64,000 nucleotides of DNA from an uncultured Candidatus Binatia bacterium (GCA_965200965.1 OZ241744.1:3264001-3328000), one strand, 5' to 3'. Shown: positions 39,492 to 49,966, counted from the first letter of the stretch. The notes: a model not told the origin generated them from the letters alone. Numbers and translations: made by a program.

Positions 39492-42119
39492 CTAAATTTC
39501 TCCCTCGGCCAGCTTCTTCAACTCGGCCAACACCCGCAAGGCATCGAGCGGGGTGGTGTGCAGCGGGTCAATCCTGGCCAGTCGGGCCAGGACCGGCTGC
39601 GCGTCCTGAGAAGGCATTCGACCATTCTTCGTGAGCCCCGCGGGACCGGCCTCTGCCACATATACGTCTGTGTTCCGGTCCGTTTGCCAGTTCCGCAGCA
39701 AATCCCTGGCCCGCTGCACAACAGGCGAGGGCAAACCGGCCATCTGAGCCACATATACCCCGTAACTCTTCTGGGCCGCGCCGGGCGCGACGGTATATAG
39801 AAACATCACCTCGTCCTGTTCTTCCCGGACGGCCAGGCGGGCATTGGCAATCCCCGGAATAGCGTCTGCCAGGCCGGCCAGCTCGTGATAGTGGGTGGTG
39901 AACAGCGTTTTGGCCCTGATCTCCTGAGCAAGGTTTTCGGCCACGGCTTGGGCAATGGCCTGTCCGTCCGAGGTGCCGGTGCCGCGCCCGACTTCGTCAA
40001 GGACGACCAAACTCCTGGCGGTTGCCTGACGCAGGATGTTGGCCGTTTCGGTCATCTCGACCATAAAGGTTGACAGCCCCTGGGCTAGAAAGTCGGTCGC
40101 TCCGACCCGGGTGAAAATCCGGTCAACCACACCGATTGTGGCCGCTTCGGCCGGCACAAAGCTGCCGATCTGAGCCAACACCACCAGCAGCGCTGTTTGG
40201 CGCACATAGGTGCTTTTGCCGGCCGCATTCGGGCCGGTCAGCAGCAACAGGTGGGTGCGTTCGTCCAAGCTCAGATCGTTGGGAACAAAGGTCTCGGTCT
40301 GGGTTTCAAGAACCGGATGCCGGCCTTGGGTGATGGATAGGGCGTAGTCTTGGCTGATCTGAGGCTGGACCCAGCCCTTTTTGCTGGCGACCTCGGCAAA
40401 CGCGCACAGCAGGTCAAGCAGACCGAGCGTGTGGGCAGTCTGGCGGAGCCGGTCGGCCTGAGCCGCGACATGGCGGCGTAGCGCGCTGAACAGCTCATAT
40501 TCGAGCTCTTTACCCCTGTCGGCGGCCGACAGCATCTTGTCCTCAAAGCGGTGGAGGGCGGGAGTGATAAACCGCTCGGCGTTGACCAGGGTTTGCCGCC
40601 GGGTGTAGGTTTTGGGGACCAGATTGAGGTGGGATTTTGTCACTTCAAGATAATAACCGAACACCCGGTTGAAGCCGACTTTCAGGTTGGGGATCGTCGT
40701 GCGCTTGCGTTCTTGCTGCTCATAGCGGGCCAGCCAGCCGCTTCCGTCGGTCTGGATGGTCCGCAGTTCGTCCAGGTCGGCGCTTACCCCGTCCCGAATC
40801 AGGCCGCCCTCTTTGGCCCCGGCTTTGGGCTCCTCAACCAAGACCCGCCGGATTTCGGCCTGGATATCCTCCAAGGGATCGAGCCCCCGGTGCAGCTCAG
40901 CCAGCAGCCCGGTGGGCAGTCTGGACAGTACGGCGCGGATATCGGCCAACGGAGCCAGCGAGCTCGCTAGGGCCGCCAGGTCGCGCGGCGTGGCAATGGC
41001 AGAGGTCGTGCGCGAGGTCAGGCGTTCGAGATCCAGAATTTTTGCCAGCCCGGTCTGTATGTCGGTGCGTGTCTGCTGCTGAGCAAGCAGCACGGCGACC
41101 GCCTCCTGACGCTGGCGTATGGCGTCCACCGAGCGGAGCGGGTGTAGCAGGCAGTGGCGAAGACGGCGGTGGCCCATACGGGTTTTGGAGGCGTCAAGGA
41201 CCGACAACAGCGACCCGTGCGGGCCGCCTTCCAGCAGGTTTTCGACCAGCTCAAGGTTGCGCTGGGTCTGGGGGTCGAGAAAGACAAAAGCCTCGCTGTG
41301 GTAGACTTGGGGGGTTTTGAGGTGGGGAAGAAAAGCCTGCTGGGTGTCGGTTACATAGGCTAGCACAGCGCCGGCCGCGGTCAGAGCATTCGGGTGCGAG
41401 GCAGCCAGCGGCGCGATGTGGGTCTGGCCAAAGCTGCGGGCCAGGGTTTTGCGGGCTGCGGACAGACGAAAATCCGTTTCCGGCCGCTGGGTGACATACG
41501 CCTGAGTCTGCCAGTTGGCGTTGTCGAGTTCGGCCGTTCGCAGAAGTATTTCCTGGGCTGGAAATTTTGCCAGCAGGCCGGGCAGCTTGGCCCAGTTTGT
41601 CTCGGCCAGCACAAACTCCCCGGTGGCCAGGGCCAGGAAGGCTAGGCCGACCCGGTCCGCGGAGTCGGAAAACAGAGCTGCCAGGCTGCGCTCCGCGCCG
41701 CTGGTCTCAAACAGTGTGCCCGGGGTGACAACCCGGACGACCTCGCGCCGGATCAGCCCCCGTCCCCTGTGCGGTCCTTCGATCTGTTCACAGATAGCAA
41801 CCTTAAAGCCTTTTTCAACCAGGCGGCTGAGATAGGTGTCAAGCCGGTAATGGGGCACGCCACACATGGGGACCCGTTCGGCATTTTTGCTCTGGGGCCG
41901 CCAGGTCAGGGTAATGTCGAGGGCGCGGGCGGCAACAGTCGCATCGTCGTAAAACATCTCATAGAAATCGCCAAACCGAAAAAAAACCAGCGCCTCTTGG
42001 TGCTGGGCTTTGACTCGGCGGTATTGGGCCATCATGTCCGTCTTGGGACTGGGGGCGGTGGCGTGGGGCTGTTGCTGTGTCACTCTGCCGGCCTGCTGGC
42101 TTGAAACATTGTTTCCCAT
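39492..42119 (-). CDS. mutS: DNA mismatch repair protein MutS
   Basis: GDFYEMF, PMCGVP, GRHPV, TGPNAAGKST, STFMVEM, LDEVGRGT, THYHEL. Confidence 0.95.
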   Translation of the reverse strand: MGNNVSSQQAGRVTQQQPHATAPSPKTDMMAQYRRVKAQHQEALVFFRFGDFYEMFYDDATVAARALDITLTWRPQSKNAERVPMCGVPHYRLDTYLSRLVEKGFKVAICEQIEGPHRGRGLIRREVVRVVTPGTLFETSGAERSLAALFSDSADRVGLAFLALATGEFVLAETNWAKLPGLLAKFPAQEILLRTAELDNANWQTQAYVTQRPETDFRLSAARKTLARSFGQTHIAPLAASHPNALTAAGAVLAYVTDTQQAFLPHLKTPQVYHSEAFVFLDPQTQRNLELVENLLEGGPHGSLLSVLDASKTRMGHRRLRHCLLHPLRSVDAIRQRQEAVAVLLAQQQTRTDIQTGLAKILDLERLTSRTTSAIATPRDLAALASSLAPLADIRAVLSRLPTGLLAELHRGLDPLEDIQAEIRRVLVEEPKAGAKEGGLIRDGVSADLDELRTIQTDGSGWLARYEQQERKRTTIPNLKVGFNRVFGYYLEVTKSHLNLVPKTYTRRQTLVNAERFITPALHRFEDKMLSAADRGKELEYELFSALRRHVAAQADRLRQTAHTLGLLDLLCAFAEVASKKGWVQPQISQDYALSITQGRHPVLETQTETFVPNDLSLDERTHLLLLTGPNAAGKSTYVRQTALLVVLAQIGSFVPAEAATIGVVDRIFTRVGATDFLAQGLSTFMVEMTETANILRQATARSLVVLDEVGRGTGTSDGQAIAQAVAENLAQEIRAKTLFTTHYHELAGLADAIPGIANARLAVREEQDEVMFLYTVAPGAAQKSYGVYVAQMAGLPSPVVQRARDLLRNWQTDRNTDVYVAEAGPAGLTKNGRMPSQDAQPVLARLARIDPLHTTPLDALRVLAELKKLAEGEI

Positions 42120-42210
42120 CCAACAATGGAGACAAAGCGCATGGCGTGCAAGAGGCGTTGCCGGACGCCGACAGCTAGGCTAGAAGAACCTGGAAACAGG
42201 AGGATAGGCT

Positions 42211-42912
42211 ATGACACGGCCCGTTTGCGTTATTTCCGGCGTTGGTCCGGGGACTGGGGCGGCCCTGAGCCGCCGTTTTGCCGCGAGCGACTATCAGGTC
42301 GCCATGCTGGCCCGCAACGGACACAGACTTTCGCAGTTAGAGCAAGAGATTCCGCACGCGACCGGCTTTGTGTGTGACGTGTCGGACCCGGCCGCGGTGC
42401 AGACAACGCTGGCCGCGGTCAAAGAGCGCCTGGGCACGCCCGAGGTGTTGATCCACAACGCGGTGGGCGGTGCCTTTGGGACATTTCTGGAGATTGATCC
42501 GACGGTCCTGGAGCGCAATTTTCAGGTCAATACAATGGGGCTGCTGTATCTGGCCCGGGCCGTGGCCCCGGACATGATCGCCGCCGGCAAGGGCACTATC
42601 GTTGCTACCGGCAATACCTCGGCCTTGCGCGGCAAGCCGCGCTTTGCCGGCTTTGCGCCGACTAAAGCCGCCCAGCGCATCCTGGCCGAGTCTATGGCCC
42701 GCACGCTCGGACCGCAGGGCGTCCATGTTGCCTATGTGGTGATTGACGCGGTGATCGACCTGGAATGGACCCGCCGGATGTTCACGGACAAGCCGGATGA
42801 TTTCTTCATCAAGCCGTCGGCGATTGCCGATACTACCTGGCAGCTCGTCCACCAGGATCGCTCCGGCTGGTCGTTTCATGTTGAGCTCCGGCCGTTTGGC
42901 GAAACATGGTGA
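42211..42912 (+). CDS. SDR family oxidoreductase
   Basis: GVGPGTG, HNA, TGNTSALRG, KAAQRILAESMAR, VHVAYVVIDAVID. Confidence 0.85.
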   Translation: MTRPVCVISGVGPGTGAALSRRFAASDYQVAMLARNGHRLSQLEQEIPHATGFVCDVSDPAAVQTTLAAVKERLGTPEVLIHNAVGGAFGTFLEIDPTVLERNFQVNTMGLLYLARAVAPDMIAAGKGTIVATGNTSALRGKPRFAGFAPTKAAQRILAESMARTLGPQGVHVAYVVIDAVIDLEWTRRMFTDKPDDFFIKPSAIADTTWQLVHQDRSGWSFHVELRPFGETW

Positions 42913-42927
42913 TAAGGAGGCTCTGAC

Positions 42928-44373
42928 ATGATTGCACTCACCGACTACACAGCATACGACGGACTCGGCTTGGCCGACTTGGTGGTCCGCAAAGAGGTGA
43001 CACCCGAAGAATTAGTCACCACCGCTCTCGCGGCGATTGACAAGGTCAACCCGCGGCTCAACGCCGTGCTGCAAACCCTGGCCGAGCAGGCGACCGCAGA
43101 AGCCCGCGGCGACCTGCCCCAAGGACCGTTTCGCGGCGTGCCGTTCCTCATCAAAGAGTTAGTGCTGCCTGCCGGAGGCGTGCGCTGCGATATGGGCTCC
43201 AGGCTGGCCCAAGGTTATGTGCCGGAGAACGACTCCGAACTGATGGCCCGCTTTCGGCAGGCCGGCCTCGTGCTCAGCGGGACCACCCAGACCCCCGAGC
43301 TGGGCTATAACCCGACCACCGAGACGACCCTGTTTGGTCCGGTACACAATCCCTGGCGGACCGGACATAGCGCGGGCGGTTCAAGCGGCGGCTCGGGCGC
43401 GGCGGTTGCCGCCGGCATTGTTCCGCTCGCCCATGCCAACGACGGCGGCGGCTCAATTCGGATTCCTGCCTCGTGCAACGGCCTGTTCGGGCTGAAACCG
43501 TCGCGTGACCGCGTGCCGACCGGGCCCGACTTTTCAGGCCCGCTGTGCGGGCTGGCGTGCGAGTTTGTGGTCTCTCGGAGCGTACGCGACTCGGCCGCCC
43601 TGCTCGATGTGGTTGCCGGCGCTGACGTAGGCGCGCCAGGTCTGCCCGTTCCTCCGGTCCGGCCCTATGCAGAAGAGGTGGGGGTACCTGCCGGCCGGCT
43701 GCGGATCGCCTGGACCACAACGCCGGCGTCGGGCGACAGCATTGACGCCGAGTGCGAAACAGGGGTGCATGAGACGGTCCGCACGCTGGAGGAGTTGGGG
43801 TATGGTCTGGTCGAGGACCGTCCGCTGTACGACTGGGAGGAGTTTCTGTCCAAGGTCCACATTATCTGGACGGCCTATACGGCCTCGGCGGTGGATGATC
43901 TGGCGGTGCTGATGGGCCGCGCGCCCGGGCCTGACACCCTGGAAGCCGTCACCCTGGCCTGTTATGAGGACGGCAAACGCCGCACCGCGGTTGAACTGCT
44001 GGGCGCGATGGCCCACAACAACACCTTATCGCGTCAGCTTGGAGCCTTCTTCCAGAAATACGACGCTTTTGTCTCCCCGACCCTAGCCCGCCGGCCCGCT
44101 CCCCACGGCGAGATCAACCAGAACCGGGCCGGTATGACGGCGATGGAGTGGACCCAGCAGGTCTTTTCCTACGTTCCGTTCACACCGATCTTCAACACCA
44201 CCGGTCAGCCCGCGGTGTCGCTGCCCATGCACTGGACGCCGGAGGGGCTGCCGGTTGGCGTCCAGATCGCCGGCCGCCTGGGCGACGAAGCCGGGCTGTT
44301 CCGGCTGGCCGGCCAGCTTGAACAGGCCCGCCCGTGGGCCGGCAAACGCCCGGCGGTGCATGTAGCTGACTGA
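42928..44373 (+). CDS. Amidase-signature family enzyme
   Basis: GVPFLIKE, GGSSGGSGAAVA, DGGGSIRIPAS. Confidence 0.93.
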   Translation: MIALTDYTAYDGLGLADLVVRKEVTPEELVTTALAAIDKVNPRLNAVLQTLAEQATAEARGDLPQGPFRGVPFLIKELVLPAGGVRCDMGSRLAQGYVPENDSELMARFRQAGLVLSGTTQTPELGYNPTTETTLFGPVHNPWRTGHSAGGSSGGSGAAVAAGIVPLAHANDGGGSIRIPASCNGLFGLKPSRDRVPTGPDFSGPLCGLACEFVVSRSVRDSAALLDVVAGADVGAPGLPVPPVRPYAEEVGVPAGRLRIAWTTTPASGDSIDAECETGVHETVRTLEELGYGLVEDRPLYDWEEFLSKVHIIWTAYTASAVDDLAVLMGRAPGPDTLEAVTLACYEDGKRRTAVELLGAMAHNNTLSRQLGAFFQKYDAFVSPTLARRPAPHGEINQNRAGMTAMEWTQQVFSYVPFTPIFNTTGQPAVSLPMHWTPEGLPVGVQIAGRLGDEAGLFRLAGQLEQARPWAGKRPAVHVAD

Positions 44374-44394
44374 GCCGGGCCGGCGAGACCCCGA

Positions 44395-44757
44395 CTATCT
44401 GAGCGACGGACGGTCTGCCGCCGGGGCCGTGGCAGGCTCGCCCGTGTCCCTGACCGGCTCTGGGGGAGCGTGGGGAGAACTCAGGCCGTGGGAGGGAAGC
44501 GGACCGGCCGAGTGCCGCTCAAAAGCGAGCACGTCTTGCCTATGACCGAACACCGGCGCGAGGGCCGGCCGGGAGACAAGGCGGTGGAGCGGCCGGGTAA
44601 TGAACCGCTCCAGGCCATAGCCCACGGCGTGGAGCGGGTAGGCCATGATCCGCAGGGGGTGGGCGTCATCATAATCATCGTATTCGCCGCTGTGCGCGGA
44701 TAGGGGCAGGCCACAGGCCAGGGTAACAATGCCGGCAATGATTGCCTTTTTCCACAT
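44395..44757 (-). CDS. Hypothetical exported protein
   Basis: Signal-peptide-like MWKKAIIAGIVTLACGLPLSAHS; GAGGAG RBS. Confidence 0.6.
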   Translation of the reverse strand: MWKKAIIAGIVTLACGLPLSAHSGEYDDYDDAHPLRIMAYPLHAVGYGLERFITRPLHRLVSRPALAPVFGHRQDVLAFERHSAGPLPSHGLSSPHAPPEPVRDTGEPATAPAADRPSLR

Positions 44758-44759
44758 GC

Positions 44760-44942
44760 TCACTCCTCCTGGTCTTCTTCAACTAGCCGCTCCAACTCTT
44801 TTTGCCAGGCCCGCCGGGCAGAGGTTCGGCGGTACTTTGTGTCGTCGTCCTCAGCCCGGCCCGGTGGCGGCAATGCCTTGCGGACCCGGCGCAGCGCGTC
44901 AAGCTGGGAGAGGGCGCGGCGTTTCTTTTTTTTGCGTGGCAT
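44760..44942 (-). CDS. Small basic hypothetical protein
   Basis: MPRKKKKRRALSQLDALRRVRKALPPPG...; fills the gap between hemB and the next co-oriented gene. Confidence 0.5.
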   Translation of the reverse strand: MPRKKKKRRALSQLDALRRVRKALPPPGRAEDDDTKYRRTSARRAWQKELERLVEEDQEE

Positions 44943-45017
44943 ACCCACTCTGAAACAAAAAGGAATCGTCTTAACCGGTCGAGAGGAAGACAAGACGATT
45001 CCTCTTTTCGGACCTGC

Positions 45018-45995
45018 TCACGCCCGTGTGAGCAAGCGGGCCGCGGCTTTGGCAAAATAGCTCAGGATCAGGTCGGCCCCGGCGCGTTTAATCCCGGTCA
45101 GGGCTTCCATCATCACCCGTTCTCCATCCAGCCAGCCGTTGAGGGCCGCGGCTTTGAGCATGGCGTATTCGCCGCTGACCTGGTAGGCCGCAACCGGGAC
45201 AGTAAATCGCTCCCTGACCCGGCGGATGATGTCGAGGTAGGGCAGGGCCGGTTTGACCATGACCATGTCCGCGCCTTCCTCAATATCGAGGGCCACTTCC
45301 CGCAGGGCTTCGGTGCCGTTGGCCGGGTCCATCTGGTATGATCGGCGATCGCCAAACTGCGGGGTTGATTCGGCCGCCTCCCGAAACGGGCCGTAAAAAC
45401 CGGAGGCGAACTTGGCGGCGTAGGCCAGAATCGGAATATGGGGGAAGCCCTCGGCGTCGAGCGCCTGGCGGATGGCCCCCACCCGGCCGTCCATCATATC
45501 CGACGGGGCAATGATATCGGCCCCGGCCCGGGCGTGCGAGACGGCTTCTTTGACCAGGATTTTCAGGGTGGCGTCGTTATCAACGTCCCGACCCTTGATA
45601 ATCCCGCAGTGGCCGTGGTCGGTGTATTCGCAAAAGCACACATCGGTCAGCAGCAGCAGGCCCGGCACTGCTTCTTTGAGCGCGGCTAAGGCCCGCTGAA
45701 TAATGCCGTCAGCGGCATACGCCTCCGAGCCGACCGCGTCCTTGCAGGCGGGAATGCCGAACAGGATGACGCCGGGAATGCCCAGGTCACGGATCTCTTT
45801 ACACTCCTCGACCGCCCGGTCGATCGACCGCTGGGCGATGCCCGGCATTGAACCGATCGGATTGGTCACCCTGGAGCCGGGGACGATGAACAGCGGCATG
45901 ATGAGATCATTGACGCTGAGCTGTGTTTCTCGCACCATGCGCCTCAGCTGTGCATTGCGACGCAGGCGACGTGGACGCTGGGTCGGGAAGGACAT
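45018..45995 (-). CDS. hemB: Porphobilinogen synthase
   Basis: [45 protein letters not shown]. Confidence 0.97.
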   Translation of the reverse strand: MSFPTQRPRRLRRNAQLRRMVRETQLSVNDLIMPLFIVPGSRVTNPIGSMPGIAQRSIDRAVEECKEIRDLGIPGVILFGIPACKDAVGSEAYAADGIIQRALAALKEAVPGLLLLTDVCFCEYTDHGHCGIIKGRDVDNDATLKILVKEAVSHARAGADIIAPSDMMDGRVGAIRQALDAEGFPHIPILAYAAKFASGFYGPFREAAESTPQFGDRRSYQMDPANGTEALREVALDIEEGADMVMVKPALPYLDIIRRVRERFTVPVAAYQVSGEYAMLKAAALNGWLDGERVMMEALTGIKRAGADLILSYFAKAAARLLTRA

Positions 45996-46148
45996 AGCTG
46001 TTCTCCTGTATGCGGTCGATAAAAGTCTCTCTTGTTCCGCTCAGGGATGCAAGCCCTCTTTCTTGACGAAAGAGCCGTAACATGAGCAGATCCGCGTGAC
46101 GCCGGCTGACCGGGGAGCGGAAGACGGCAACGGCTGGAGGACAAAACC

Positions 46149-46892
46149 ATGCAGGAGCGGATTGAACGTGCCGCCCGGGCCATTCGGACTTCACGCAAGA
46201 CAATCGCCCTGACCGGGGCGGGCATTTCGGCTGAGAGCGGTGTTCCGACATTTCGCGATCCGGGCGGACTGTGGGATCGCTATGACCCGGAGGAGTATGC
46301 GACGATTGACGCCTTTCGGCGCGACCCGGGTAAAGTCTGGCAGATGATGCGCGACTTCACCGAGCTGAAAACAGCCCAGCCCAACCCCAGCCATTACGCT
46401 CTGGCGCAGTTGGAACAGATGGGTTTTCTGGGCTGCATCATTACCCAGAATGTCGATAATCTGCACCAGGCCAGCGGCAGCCAGGACGTGATTGAGTTTC
46501 ACGGCAATATGCGCCAAGTGGTGTGTCAGCGGTGCGACAAGCCGCTGCCGCTGACCGAGGTGTCGCTCGAGACCTTGCCCCCGTACTGCTCGTGTGGTGG
46601 CGTGTTCAAGCCGGCCGGGGTGTTTTTTGGCGAGCCGATTCCGTCCCACGCCCTGTCTCGCTCGTACCAGGAGGCGCAGAACTGCGGGCTGATGCTGGTG
46701 GTCGGCACCTCAGCCGTGGTCTATCCAGCCGCGGCCATGCCTGGAGTGGCCAAGGAAGCCGGGGCGCAGGTGATCGAGATCAATCCCGAACCGACCGACT
46801 TGACGGGCGCAATTTCCGATTTCATCATCCAGGCCAGGGCCGGGCTTGTCATGCCTCAGATTGTGGCCGCGATCAAAGCTCTGGCGTCATAG
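46149..46892 (+). CDS. cobB: Sir2/CobB NAD-dependent deacylase
   Basis: TGAGISAESGVPTFR, TQNVD.LH, HG, VGTS.VVYPAA. Confidence 0.9.
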   Translation: MQERIERAARAIRTSRKTIALTGAGISAESGVPTFRDPGGLWDRYDPEEYATIDAFRRDPGKVWQMMRDFTELKTAQPNPSHYALAQLEQMGFLGCIITQNVDNLHQASGSQDVIEFHGNMRQVVCQRCDKPLPLTEVSLETLPPYCSCGGVFKPAGVFFGEPIPSHALSRSYQEAQNCGLMLVVGTSAVVYPAAAMPGVAKEAGAQVIEINPEPTDLTGAISDFIIQARAGLVMPQIVAAIKALAS

Positions 46893-46902
46893 GAGGAGAA
46901 GC

Positions 46903-48069
46903 ATGAGCCTGAAAGGAAAAGCGGCAATTATTGGATTTGCCGAAATGACCCCCCAAAAGGGAGGCGGAGGGAAAACTCCACTGGGCATTATTGGCGAGGT
47001 GGCGCGGGAGGCGATTGCTGACGCGGGTTTGAAAAAGCAGGACATTGACGGCCTGCTGACGGGCATGGCCATCGGCGACTACAGTGTGCTGTGGCCGTCG
47101 GTCATTTCAGAATATCTCCAGTTCCAGCCCCGCTATTTTGATCTGGTGGAGTTAGGTGGGGCGTCGGCCACCGGCATGTTCTGGCGGGCGGCCGCGGCCA
47201 TTGAGGCCGGCATGTGTGAGAACGTGTTGTGCGTCTTGGGCGATTCGTGGACGAGCAAAACGATGCGCGTTGGCAAACCCCCGCCCTTTCCGCGGCTGGA
47301 CGCCGAGTTTGACGCGCCCTACGGATTGATTGCGGCCAATCCGGGCTATGCCCTTATCGCGCAGCGCCATATGCACGAGTTTGGCACGACGCCCGAACAG
47401 TTGGCCAAGGTCGCCGTTGATCAGCGTAAAAACGCGTGCAGAAATCCCGCCGCCCTGTTCGGTAACAAGGAAATCGGCATTGAGGATGTGCTCAGCTCGC
47501 GTATGATTGTTGCTCCCCTGCACCTGCTGGAGATTGTCAGCCCGTGTACGGGTGGCGGTGCGTTCATCGTGACCAGCGCCGAGCGGGCCAAGGACAGTCC
47601 TCACACCCCGGTCTATCTGCTGGGGGCCGGTGAGGCCGGCGGCCACTGTAGCATTACGCGCGCCGAGAGCCTCACCACCTCCCTGGTCAAACCTGCCGCG
47701 CAGGCGGCCTTCCGCATGGCCGAGCTCAGGCCCCAGGACATGGACTTTGTGCAGCCCTACGACTGCTATACAATTACGGTCCTCGTGACGCTGGAAGACG
47801 CCGGCTTCTGTCCCAAGGGCGAGGGCGGTCGCTTTGTGGAGGACCACGACCTGTCCTGCCAGGGGGATTTTCCGTGCAATACCCACGGCGGCCAACTGTC
47901 GTTTGGCCAGCCCGGCTTGGCCGGCGGCATGAGCCATTTGCTCGAAGGCGCGCGTCAACTGATGGGCCGGGGCGGGGCGCGCCAAGTCAAGGATGCCACG
48001 ATTGGCTATGTCAACGGCAACGGCGGCATCATGAGTGAGCAGTGCAGTGTAGTGATCGGCGTCAACTAG
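46903..48069 (+). CDS. SCP-x-type thiolase family protein
   Basis: DIDGL, YDCYT...L..LED.GFCPKGEGG, NTHGGQLS. Paired with a DUF35 gene. Confidence 0.88.
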   Translation: MSLKGKAAIIGFAEMTPQKGGGGKTPLGIIGEVAREAIADAGLKKQDIDGLLTGMAIGDYSVLWPSVISEYLQFQPRYFDLVELGGASATGMFWRAAAAIEAGMCENVLCVLGDSWTSKTMRVGKPPPFPRLDAEFDAPYGLIAANPGYALIAQRHMHEFGTTPEQLAKVAVDQRKNACRNPAALFGNKEIGIEDVLSSRMIVAPLHLLEIVSPCTGGGAFIVTSAERAKDSPHTPVYLLGAGEAGGHCSITRAESLTTSLVKPAAQAAFRMAELRPQDMDFVQPYDCYTITVLVTLEDAGFCPKGEGGRFVEDHDLSCQGDFPCNTHGGQLSFGQPGLAGGMSHLLEGARQLMGRGGARQVKDATIGYVNGNGGIMSEQCSVVIGVN

Positions 48070-48078
48070 GAGAAGCGC

Positions 48079-48531
48079 ATGGCAGACTATACAAAGCCTC
48101 TTCCCCGTCCGACCGCCTCATCGCAGCCGTTCTGGGACGCTGCCAGACGCCACGAACTCCAGCTCCAGCGCTGTGGAAGCTGTGGCGCGGTCGTGTTTTA
48201 CCCGCGCGAGCTCTGTTCAGAGTGTCTGTCGTCAGAGCTGAGCTGGATAGAGGCGTCCGGCCGGGGCACGGTATATTCGTATACCATCGCCGAGGCCCCG
48301 ACCCATCCCGCTTTTGCCGAAGATGTGCCGTATATTGTGGCCATTGTCGAGTTGGCGGAAGGCCCGCGGTTGACGACCAACATCATTGGCTGCGAGCCAG
48401 CGGCGATGCACATCGGTATGCCGGTGGTCGCCACCTATGACGACGTGACGCCGGACATGACGCTGGTCAAGTTCCGGCCCGCCAAGTCGGTTGAGTCGGG
48501 CGGCCAGCGTCCATCGGACGGTTCACCGTAG
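48079..48531 (+). CDS. DUF35 zinc-ribbon/OB-fold protein
   Basis: FW.AA..HEL..QRC..CG...YPR..C..C, G.G.VYSYT, PY..A.VEL.EGPR. Confidence 0.9.
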   Translation: MADYTKPLPRPTASSQPFWDAARRHELQLQRCGSCGAVVFYPRELCSECLSSELSWIEASGRGTVYSYTIAEAPTHPAFAEDVPYIVAIVELAEGPRLTTNIIGCEPAAMHIGMPVVATYDDVTPDMTLVKFRPAKSVESGGQRPSDGSP

Positions 48532-48600
48532 TTGCTCATGGTGTATGATGTTTCAGCGCACCTCAGACAGTGCTGCGCTTTGACCACTGGCCTCCTCCTG

Positions 48601-48633
48601 GCTTGCCCCTGTCGGTTGATCCCAGGGGCAAGC
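48601..48633. repeat. 11-bp perfect inverted repeat (terminator or REP-like)
   Basis: GCTTGCCCCTG-TCGGTTGATCC-CAGGGGCAAGC, intergenic. Confidence 0.6.
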
Positions 48634-48686
48634 CCGGCGCAAGTCCAGCCAGTTCCGGGGGGAGCAGGGTTGAGAAAGGACGATGT

Positions 48687-49199
48687 ATGCACATACGACG
48701 ATTTCATCTGCTGATTGGCACACTCGTCTGGCTAGCGCTGAGCAGCCAGGCCTGGGCCAAGGCCGAGGTCGGCAGCCCGGCTCCAGATTTCTGTTTGCCG
48801 TCAAGCAAGGATGCCCAGGTCTGCCTCAGAGACTTTCGGGGCGCGCACAATGTCGTCCTGCTGTTTTATGTCCTTGACTTCACCTCGGGTTGAACCCTGC
48901 AACTGTCCTCCGGTCAGGGGGTCCAGAAAAAGCTGAACGCAAAAGTCCTCGGCATCAGCACCAATCATGGTGCCTCACAACAGGTCTTTACCCAACAGTT
49001 GAAACTCGATTACCCGCTGTTGAGCGCCTTTGAAGCGCCCGAGGTGATTCGGGACTATACCGGCTGGCTGGACGAGGAAAAACGGCTCGGCAATCGCGCC
49101 TATGTCATTATCGACAAACAGGGTATTGTCCGCTTTAAGCAGGTCGGCACAATGGTGCCGGTAGAAGACCTTGAGCAGGTCCTGGCCGGACTTGAATAA
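48687..49199 (+). CDS. Selenocysteine-containing peroxiredoxin (AhpC/TSA family) with signal peptide
   Basis: The two track ORFs 48570-48893 and 48999-49199 share a frame. VG.PAPDF.L...LFY..DFTSG-[TGA 48891]-T...VLGIS...LDYPLLS...RAY.IIDKQG. The TGA is at the peroxidatic TxxC position. Confidence 0.88.
48903..48926 (+). promoter_or_regulatory. Putative bacterial SECIS hairpin
   Basis: CTG-T-CCTCC-GGTCA-GGGGG-TC-CAG; loop GG at +19 from the TGA. Confidence 0.6.
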
Positions 49200-49279
49200 G
49201 GCTGGCTTGCCTGTTCTCCCGACCGTGGAAGAAGAGCCCCCCTCGGTCGACCGCCCGCACCTGTCAAGGAGGGAGAGCG

Positions 49280-49966
49280 ATGAAAATCCATGCCTCTGGG
49301 CTTGTGGCCGCGCTTTTCCTCTGGCCGCTCGCTGTCTGCGCTCAAGGCGGCGATTCAGCCCAAGGCGGAGCTGAACACGCACCTGGCGGCCCGCAGGTTC
49401 TTGACACCTCCGTGCCCCAGACATCCGAGGCGTCTGTCGCCCCGTATCAGGTGCCCGGTCACGTCCCGGCTCAAGACCCCTCTCAGACCGGGTTCGCCTC
49501 TGGCGATATTCTTCCAGACTTTCCGGACTCTTCCGTTACCGACCAGCGGCCCTATCTTGGGGCTTTGTATGTGACGCCCGAGCAGGGCCTGCAAGGGGTC
49601 CATGTCCTGAGCGTCATCCCCGGCAGCCCGGCAGCCCGGGCCGGATTTATCGGCGCGAATACACCCCAGCCCAAAGGCCCCAACTGGTTCAGGGTCGCCG
49701 TCTTTGCCCTGTCCATGTCTCCCGCCGGAGCCTTTGCCATTCCGCTGACCATTGCCCACCATGTGTATACAAACCGCACCGTGGCCGCGCCGGTGGATTT
49801 ACCGGGGGATCTGATCGTTGCGGTTGATGACAAACCTGTCCGGGACGCCCAGGCTTTCAGCCAAGTCCTGAGTTCCTACGAACCTGGCACCAGGGTCTCC
49901 TTCTCCATTATCCGGGCCGGAAAACCCCTCCAGCTCTCTGCCACCCTCGAGCGCGAACCGTTCTGA
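49280..49966 (+). CDS. Exported PDZ-domain protein
   Basis: Signal peptide; PYLG, V.PGSPA.RAG, GDLI.AVD..PV, with a hydrophobic insert. Confidence 0.75.
   Translation: MKIHASGLVAALFLWPLAVCAQGGDSAQGGAEHAPGGPQVLDTSVPQTSEASVAPYQVPGHVPAQDPSQTGFASGDILPDFPDSSVTDQRPYLGALYVTPEQGLQGVHVLSVIPGSPAARAGFIGANTPQPKGPNWFRVAVFALSMSPAGAFAIPLTIAHHVYTNRTVAAPVDLPGDLIVAVDDKPVRDAQAFSQVLSSYEPGTRVSFSIIRAGKPLQLSATLEREPF

Noticed and set aside
46149-46892. Sir2 protein as an anti-phage NADase (Thoeris/DSR)
   Set aside because: Canonical short CobB-type deacylase with a zinc site, in a metabolic operon.
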